This document shows positions 58,808 through 64,000 of a stretch of DNA of 64,000 bases, piece by piece. Within the stretch, counting starts at the first letter, position 1. Every line of letters starts with the position of its first letter. Source of the DNA: Patescibacteria group bacterium (lineage in GTDB: Bacteria; Patescibacteriota; Patescibacteriia; 2-02-FULL-49-11); the NCBI GenBank assembly GCA_041645165.1, contig JBAZQN010000004.1:18789-82788 (forward strand). The letters run 5' to 3'. The notes beneath the pieces were generated by a model that ran no database searches, was not told the DNA's origin, and was given only the letters and a program-made list of their open reading frames with translations. The translations under genes were made by a program, and so were the position numbers.

Positions 58808-58837
58808 GTTTTAAAAAAAAATTTCTGCATAGCCCAA

Positions 58838-58869
58838 GCAACCCTTTGATGTAAAGGGTTGCCTTTTTT
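58838..58869 (+). terminator. Intrinsic terminator
   Basis: GCAACCCTTT..AAAGGGTTGC followed by CTTTTTT. Confidence 0.75.
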
Positions 58870-58876
58870 AAAGCCA

Positions 58877-59092
58877 TCAGGAGCGCAATAACGCTACTAA
58901 CGCAAATATCCATGGAATTATATCAAACACAAAACGGTACTTCTGGATGGACGTTTTTTGCCCACCCAGTAATTGAATTGCCAACTCCAGCTTTCTATCT
59001 GGATTGAGATTGGCGAACCAGTCTAAATCCATTTCCATTACCCTTATGGTTTTTTTAATACCCCTTATAAACACCTTATCCAGCGCTTTCAT
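58877..59092 (-). CDS. Small hypothetical protein with C-terminal hydrophobic segment
   Basis: 71-aa ORF with GAGGAG Shine-Dalgarno, ends at a hairpin. Confidence 0.5.
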   Translation of the reverse strand: MKALDKVFIRGIKKTIRVMEMDLDWFANLNPDRKLELAIQLLGGQKTSIQKYRFVFDIIPWIFALVALLRS

Positions 59093-59353
59093 AATAATCT
59101 CCTCATTTTATAGAGATGTATTCCAGAGCCCTTGATATCTGTATTGTCAAAGACCGTTGTTTATTTAAGAACTTAAAAACCCGCCTTGTGACCTATACAA
59201 GCGGGTTGTCAATGTTCTCAATCGGTAGAGCCTTAAAAAAACCTTTCAGACCCTGCCGACGGAGAACCTCAAACGTTATGTTTTTAACGAACTTTCCTCC
59301 TTACGCCCCCATCATAGCGCATCTGGAATAAAAGTCAATGCCCTCTATGGAGT

Positions 59354-59380
59354 CTACTGCGCGACGCGGAAGACTTCCTC
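59354..59380 (-). repeat. Displaced copy of the pilB/gspE 3' end
   Basis: 24/27 identical to 60116-60142; both encode EEVFRVAQ-stop. Confidence 0.9.
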
Positions 59381-59388
59381 AAAAAAGC

Positions 59389-59799
59389 TCACACGAGCAT
59401 TTCAATTGGTATCTCAGTGACTACCTTAAGCGCCATATCATTGGTGACGAATTTCTCCGCGCTATGCGCAATCGCGGTGGCAATATGGATCGCATCTGGC
59501 GTGCGGAGCCGATACTTTCCGCGCAGATCAGAAGCAATATCCACGACGGATTCGTCAATCCCCGTAATCCGCACGTGGGGAAAATTTTTGATGAGTTCCT
59601 TATAGTGCGCAGCAAGTTCTTTCTTCCCTTGCAGTTTCGGTCCAGTCAAAATTTCGATCATGCCAATAACCGACAAGACTGCTTCATATTTCCCCTCCTG
59701 CACCAACAAGAGCGCCCTCCGCGCTCTGGAGAGAAATTGCGGATGCTCTTCGAGAAGATAAATGATAACGGAGGAATCTATGCCAATTACTTGTCCCAT
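59389..59799 (-). CDS. vapC: PIN-domain (VapC) toxin
   Basis: IDSSVIIY, EIL, LRTPDAIHIATA, FVTND; start at MGQVIG. Confidence 0.9.
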   Translation of the reverse strand: MGQVIGIDSSVIIYLLEEHPQFLSRARRALLLVQEGKYEAVLSVIGMIEILTGPKLQGKKELAAHYKELIKNFPHVRITGIDESVVDIASDLRGKYRLRTPDAIHIATAIAHSAEKFVTNDMALKVVTEIPIEMLV

Positions 59800-60029
59800 G
59801 AAGATCTCTCCTGAAGGATATAGGTGTCTGTACCACCGAGCGATTGCCATACCTCTTTCCCCAATCCTTGCAACGCTTGTACATAATCAGTCGGATGCTT
59901 TGTCAGCACCGCTCTTGTATCATCAAGTGGATGAATCACAATCTTCGCCCCTGCTTTCAAGTGCAACCGATCCCTCACCTCCCGAGGAACCACAATTTGG
60001 TACTTTTGCGATAGAGTAGCTATTCCCAT
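59787..60029 (-). CDS. AbrB/MazE/SpoVT-family antitoxin
   Basis: LSQKYQIVVPREVRDRLHLKAG; overlaps the toxin start. Confidence 0.9.
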   Translation of the reverse strand: MGIATLSQKYQIVVPREVRDRLHLKAGAKIVIHPLDDTRAVLTKHPTDYVQALQGLGKEVWQSLGGTDTYILQERSSWDK

Positions 60030-60032
60030 AAA

Positions 60033-60088
60033 TACTTTACTTATACTATAAGTACTTTACATTATATCAGTTGTAAATAACCTGTCAA
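60033..60088 (-). promoter_or_regulatory. TA operon promoter with putative operator
   Basis: Minus strand TTGACA-16 bp-TATAAT; downstream TACTTTAC direct repeats and ACTTATA-C-TATAAGT palindrome. Confidence 0.7.
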
Positions 60089-60115
60089 TTATGTTTGTGG
60101 ACTTATATGCCCCAA

Positions 60116-61813
60116 TTACTGCGCGACGCGGAAAACTTCTTCGAGGGTCGTCATCCCTGCCATTGCTTTCATGATGCCGTCCTGCAGCATCGTCATCATG
60201 CCGGCTTTGACCGCCAAGTCGCGTATCTGATATTCGGAAATGGCGCCTGAAAGGATCACGCGCTCGATATCGGAGCTCATGCGCAGCAGCTCGTATATCC
60301 CGATCCTCCCTTTATAGCCGATGCCCTGGCACGCGGGGCACCCTTTCGTCGCCACATATTTCGGCTCCTGCACTCCGAATGTTTGTGCAACGGCAGGAGG
60401 AAGAGAGGAGAGCGCTGCCTGCACCCGCTCTGCGTATTCCGGCGGAAGCGGGCCGGGGAGGGCGCATTTCTTGCACACGCGCCTGACCAGTCTCTGCGCC
60501 AGCACGTCGCTCAATGCAGGCGCCAAGAGATAGGGTTTTGCCCCCATCGAGAGGAAACGCGGAATCGCGCCGGCCGCATCGTTCGTGTGCAGAGTTGAAA
60601 ATACCAAGTGACCTGTGAGCGCAGCCTGAAGTGCTATGTCCACCGTCTCTAGGTCCCGCATTTCTCCCACGAGAATTATATCAGGATCCTGGCGGACAAT
60701 TGAGCGAAGCCCGTTCGCGAACGTGTAGTCATGGGAAGGGTCTACCTGGCTCTGGTTAACCCCTTCCAGTTTGTATTCAATGGGATCTTCAATCGTAATG
60801 ATCTTGGTGGAAGGATCATTCAGGAGGCGCAAAACGGCATAAAGGGTCGTAGTTTTTCCTGAACCGGTAGGGCCGCAGACCACAATCATGCCGTTGGGGC
60901 GCTCAACCTCTTGCCGCAGCGCGGCGCCCACAAAGGGACCGAATCCCAAATCTTCAAACGTCAGGCGGATGGCTTCTCCCCGCAAGAGGCGCATGACAAT
61001 ACTCTCTCCGAACGCGGTGGGAAGCGTGGATACGCGCACGTCAACCCGCTCGCCTTCCAGATTGAGCGTCGCGCGGCCGTCCTGCGGCCGGTTTTCCACG
61101 TTGATTTTTAACCCTGACAACAGCTTCAGGCGTGAAATAAGCGCATGGTAGCGCTCACGGTCGATCGTGGCGATGGTATGCAGGATGCCGTCAATGCGGA
61201 ACCTCACGGCCACACCGCTCTCCTCCGCTTCAATGTGCACATCAGATGCATCTACTGCGATGGATGCGGCCATCAGCAGCACAATAAGGTCAGTGAGTGA
61301 TACGGAGGCAAACTTATCGGTCAGGTCCATCACATTGGTAATGGACTCTTTAAATTTTTTCAGCGTGTCCTCGGGAATATCCACCCCATGCATGGGCACA
61401 TAAATTTTTGGAAGCATGCGATAGAGCTCAAACGCGTGGGCAAGGCTCTGTTCGCTCATGAGCGCCACGCTCACCGAAGCCTTGTGCGTATGCCCAAGGT
61501 CTGCAATCAGTTCAAGAAAATGTTCATTGTGGGGATCAACCGTGGCGAGCCGTATTTCGTGGTGGGGCGTGTATGCGTAGCACACCGCTTGCGCGGATTT
61601 CGCCCGCTCATCAGAGATGAGGCCGAGCGCATCCGGCGCGATGGCAAACCCCCGCAGGTTGACATACGGCAAGCCCATTTCAAGCGCGCGCTCTTGCACG
61701 ATGCTCTCTTTTTCTTTCACCGCAATCTCTGACAGCCTATCCGTTAATAATTTCGAAGATTGATCCGCGTCAGTCTTTTGATTGGAAAATACAGGGAGGT
61801 TCGCTTTAATCAT
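60116..61813 (-). CDS. pilB: GspE/PilB-family pilus assembly ATPase
   Basis: ASDVHIE, RFRIDG, PQDGR, GPTGSGKTTT, EDPIEY, RQDPD, CxxC..CxxC..GYKGR. Confidence 0.9.
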   Translation of the reverse strand: MIKANLPVFSNQKTDADQSSKLLTDRLSEIAVKEKESIVQERALEMGLPYVNLRGFAIAPDALGLISDERAKSAQAVCYAYTPHHEIRLATVDPHNEHFLELIADLGHTHKASVSVALMSEQSLAHAFELYRMLPKIYVPMHGVDIPEDTLKKFKESITNVMDLTDKFASVSLTDLIVLLMAASIAVDASDVHIEAEESGVAVRFRIDGILHTIATIDRERYHALISRLKLLSGLKINVENRPQDGRATLNLEGERVDVRVSTLPTAFGESIVMRLLRGEAIRLTFEDLGFGPFVGAALRQEVERPNGMIVVCGPTGSGKTTTLYAVLRLLNDPSTKIITIEDPIEYKLEGVNQSQVDPSHDYTFANGLRSIVRQDPDIILVGEMRDLETVDIALQAALTGHLVFSTLHTNDAAGAIPRFLSMGAKPYLLAPALSDVLAQRLVRRVCKKCALPGPLPPEYAERVQAALSSLPPAVAQTFGVQEPKYVATKGCPACQGIGYKGRIGIYELLRMSSDIERVILSGAISEYQIRDLAVKAGMMTMLQDGIMKAMAGMTTLEEVFRVAQ

Positions 61814-61861
61814 GAGCGCTCAATTGAGAGTGGGAATATAAGACGGAGAGATCACATCCCC

Positions 61862-62857
61862 TTAGGATGCGCGGCGCTGGAACAGACGCGGCAGCAAGGC
61901 AATGACCCGCACCAATTTCGCAAACGGCGGGCTTTCCTTCAATCGGCTATACAGCAGGATCCACACCGCCTGCTGAAACGTTGCAAGGATCGCGCCCACG
62001 CACATAATGCTAAGGAAAAATGCGATCACCGCAGCACCCAGGGTTAGGCTTACCGCAAGCGGTACGCCGAGGATAAAACTCAAAAGTGCCAAAGGCCCGA
62101 AAATAATAATTATACCTAACACTGCAATGGAGAGCGCGACAATCGCGGCGGCCGTGGTGCCCAGGGTGAGAATGATGACGGTCTCCATCACGACAAGCCA
62201 GTGCGCGAGAAATAATTTCCATGCGCTGCGCAGCGCATCCAAGGGGGAGAGCGATTCCGTGAGCGAGGCAACGAGCGCAAGACGATACAAGAGGGAACAA
62301 AGGAGCCCTATAGGAACCAAACACGCAAAGCTCACGAGAAGGAATATGGCATACCACACGGAAGACCCGAAAGCGAGATAAAGGAGAAAAGGCGGCAGGC
62401 TGAAGATCGCCCATGCGAGGCTCGTGACAAGATGAAAGCCCACCGTGAGCGTGGTCGTGCGCCAAAAAGCGCGCTTACCCGCCGCGATCCCTTCTTCGAT
62501 GCGGCAATGCTCGCGGCGGCGCTCGCGCTCAATGCCCCAAATAAGCGCTCCTTGCGATACAAGCGCAAACCAAATGAGAAAGCACACCAGCAATAAAAGG
62601 AACGCCGACACGATATAAAATCCGGAGGGCAAGCCTAACCAGGGCGTGAACGTGAGCATGGAAAAATCAAATCCCCACTCCCTCACAGAAGACGCCCATA
62701 CGCCCAAGACGCTCAAGCGGTCAAAATTTCTAAACAACACGTTTATCTCTCCGCCGCTCACTAAGAGCGCACTGAAAAGCCCAAACAGCCACAGGTGTTT
62801 GGAATGTATGGTGAGCAACCACGCTCGCCTTAAGAGTGGACGATAGACGGAAGACAT
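61862..62857 (-). CDS. Multi-pass membrane protein
   Basis: RAW..KHLWLFGLF start and many TM segments. Confidence 0.75.
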   Translation of the reverse strand: MSSVYRPLLRRAWLLTIHSKHLWLFGLFSALLVSGGEINVLFRNFDRLSVLGVWASSVREWGFDFSMLTFTPWLGLPSGFYIVSAFLLLLVCFLIWFALVSQGALIWGIERERRREHCRIEEGIAAGKRAFWRTTTLTVGFHLVTSLAWAIFSLPPFLLYLAFGSSVWYAIFLLVSFACLVPIGLLCSLLYRLALVASLTESLSPLDALRSAWKLFLAHWLVVMETVIILTLGTTAAAIVALSIAVLGIIIIFGPLALLSFILGVPLAVSLTLGAAVIAFFLSIMCVGAILATFQQAVWILLYSRLKESPPFAKLVRVIALLPRLFQRRAS

Positions 62858-62865
62858 AGGATATT

Positions 62866-62963
62866 AATTCAAAATGCAAAACTCAAAATGCAAAATTGTG
62901 GAGTCCCGCTTAAGCGGGACAACACTCCTTCATTTTGATTTTTGATTTTTGGATTTTACATTC
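62866..62963. repeat. Inverted heptamer element with nested GTCCCGC-TTAA-GCGGGAC palindrome
   Basis: Right arm has 33 nt identical to 9840-9872. Confidence 0.8.
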
Positions 62964-62969
62964 GGTACG

Positions 62970-64000
62970 CTATACCTTCGCCTTCACCACTGCGGGCCGC
63001 GGGCCCATGAGCGCGGCAAACGTTTCCCTCTCCAGGGTTTCTTTTTCTAAGAGCAAAGAGGCAACCTCATCCAGCTTATGCCGTGACTTCCGGATCACCG
63101 CTTGCGCCGTCGCACTTGCCTGATGAATGAATTTTGACACCTCTTTGTCTATCGCCTCTGCCACTTTTTCAGAATAATCCCGCTGTTCGGTGATCTCGCG
63201 CCCCAAAAATATAAGCTCTCCGTGCTCGCCAAACGTCCGGGGCCCCAACGCTTCACTCATGCCATACTCCGTCACCAGCTGCCGTGCAAGCTTGGTCGCA
63301 CGCTTGAGATCCGAGGTCGCGCCCGTCGTCACCTCGCTGAACACTTCTTTCTCCACCACGAATCCTGCGAGGAGCACCGCCAACTCGTCTAAAAATTCTG
63401 AATAAGATTTCAGATGCCGGTCTTCTTCGGGGAGCTTTAGCGTATATCCTCCCGCCTGTCCGCGGGAAATGATCGATACCTTATGCACCGGATCCGAATG
63501 GGGAAGCTGGTGCGCCACCACGGCATGGCCCGCCTCATGGTAGGCGGTAATATGCTTTTCCTCGTCAGAAAGGATATGACTCTTGCGCTCGGGCCCGAGC
63601 ATGACTTTTTCAATCGACTGGAACATCTCTTCCTGTGAAATTTTTTTCTTGTTTCTCCGCGCCGCGAGGATGGCCGCCTCATTGAACATATTGGCAATGT
63701 CCGCGCCCGAGAATCCCGGCGTGCGTTCGGCGACTTTTCGCAAATTCACATCTGCCGCGAGCGGCTTGCCTTTTGAATGAATATCAAGGATTTCATGGCG
63801 ATCGCGGATATCCGGCAATTCAATCATCACTCTCCGGTCAAACCGCCCGGGGCGCAGCAGCGCAAAATCAAGCACGTCGGGGCGATTGGTGGCGGCGACA
63901 ACCACGATGCCCGCATTCGGCTCAAACCCGTCCATTTCCACGAGAATTTGGTTCAGCGTCTGTTCCCGCTCGTCATGGCTCCCGCCCAGTCCGGCGCCGC
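62970..64000 (-). CDS. ftsH: ATP-dependent zinc metalloprotease FtsH (C-terminal part; 5' end outside the window)
   Basis: [40 protein letters not shown]. Confidence 0.97.
   Translation of the reverse strand, partial: GAGLGGSHDEREQTLNQILVEMDGFEPNAGIVVVAATNRPDVLDFALLRPGRFDRRVMIELPDIRDRHEILDIHSKGKPLAADVNLRKVAERTPGFSGADIANMFNEAAILAARRNKKKISQEEMFQSIEKVMLGPERKSHILSDEEKHITAYHEAGHAVVAHQLPHSDPVHKVSIISRGQAGGYTLKLPEEDRHLKSYSEFLDELAVLLAGFVVEKEVFSEVTTGATSDLKRATKLARQLVTEYGMSEALGPRTFGEHGELIFLGREITEQRDYSEKVAEAIDKEVSKFIHQASATAQAVIRKSRHKLDEVASLLLEKETLERETFAALMGPRPAVVKAKV

Noticed and set aside
1-64000. CRISPR array or cas genes
   Set aside because: Repeats are dispersed palindromes or degenerate tandem units, not identical repeats with unique equal-length spacers; no cas-like ORF seen
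1-64000. Integrase, transposase, reverse transcriptase or integron attC array explaining the islets
   Set aside because: No ORF with the relevant catalytic motifs and no repeated RYYYAAC..GTTRRRY cassette ends were recognised

Overview
The window looks like bacterial chromosomal DNA from a Patescibacteria (CPR, Parcubacteria-like) organism. This is an inference from DUF5671, three TrmB-type regulators, PilT/PilB, mostly AT-rich starts without a Shine-Dalgarno and the repeat families; no marker gene confirms it. The core is metabolically rich: carAB, pyrC-pyrD-pyrF-(LOG)-pyrE, ribE-ribH-ribBA-ribD-tsaE, valS with a Val T-box, proBA, a glucose dehydrogenase-gnd-BadF kinase operon facing transaldolase, gpmI, 2-oxoacid:ferredoxin oxidoreductase, uvrD, comM, lspA, dksA-like, partial ftsH, tRNA-Arg(UCG) and tRNA-Lys(CUU). 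Most notable observations: (1) a 4.85-kb integrase-less islet (TrmB, DUF3326, radical SAM, B12-radical SAM) bounded by a 49-bp duplication of the carB 3' end with a 7-7-7 inverted-repeat core, and a smaller AbrB/VapC islet bounded by a synonymously diverged duplication of the pilB 3' end; (2) three separate TrmB + SAM-enzyme cassettes; (3) several families of palindromic repeats, some nested, with about 11 in-frame insertions in PyrC, PyrF, ValS, RibD, Tal and ProA; (4) two structured ncRNA candidates (about 11370-11760 and 31786-31964); (5) an ASCH-like domain inserted in ValRS. All calls come from reading the sequence and recognising motifs; no database searches or folding programs were run.
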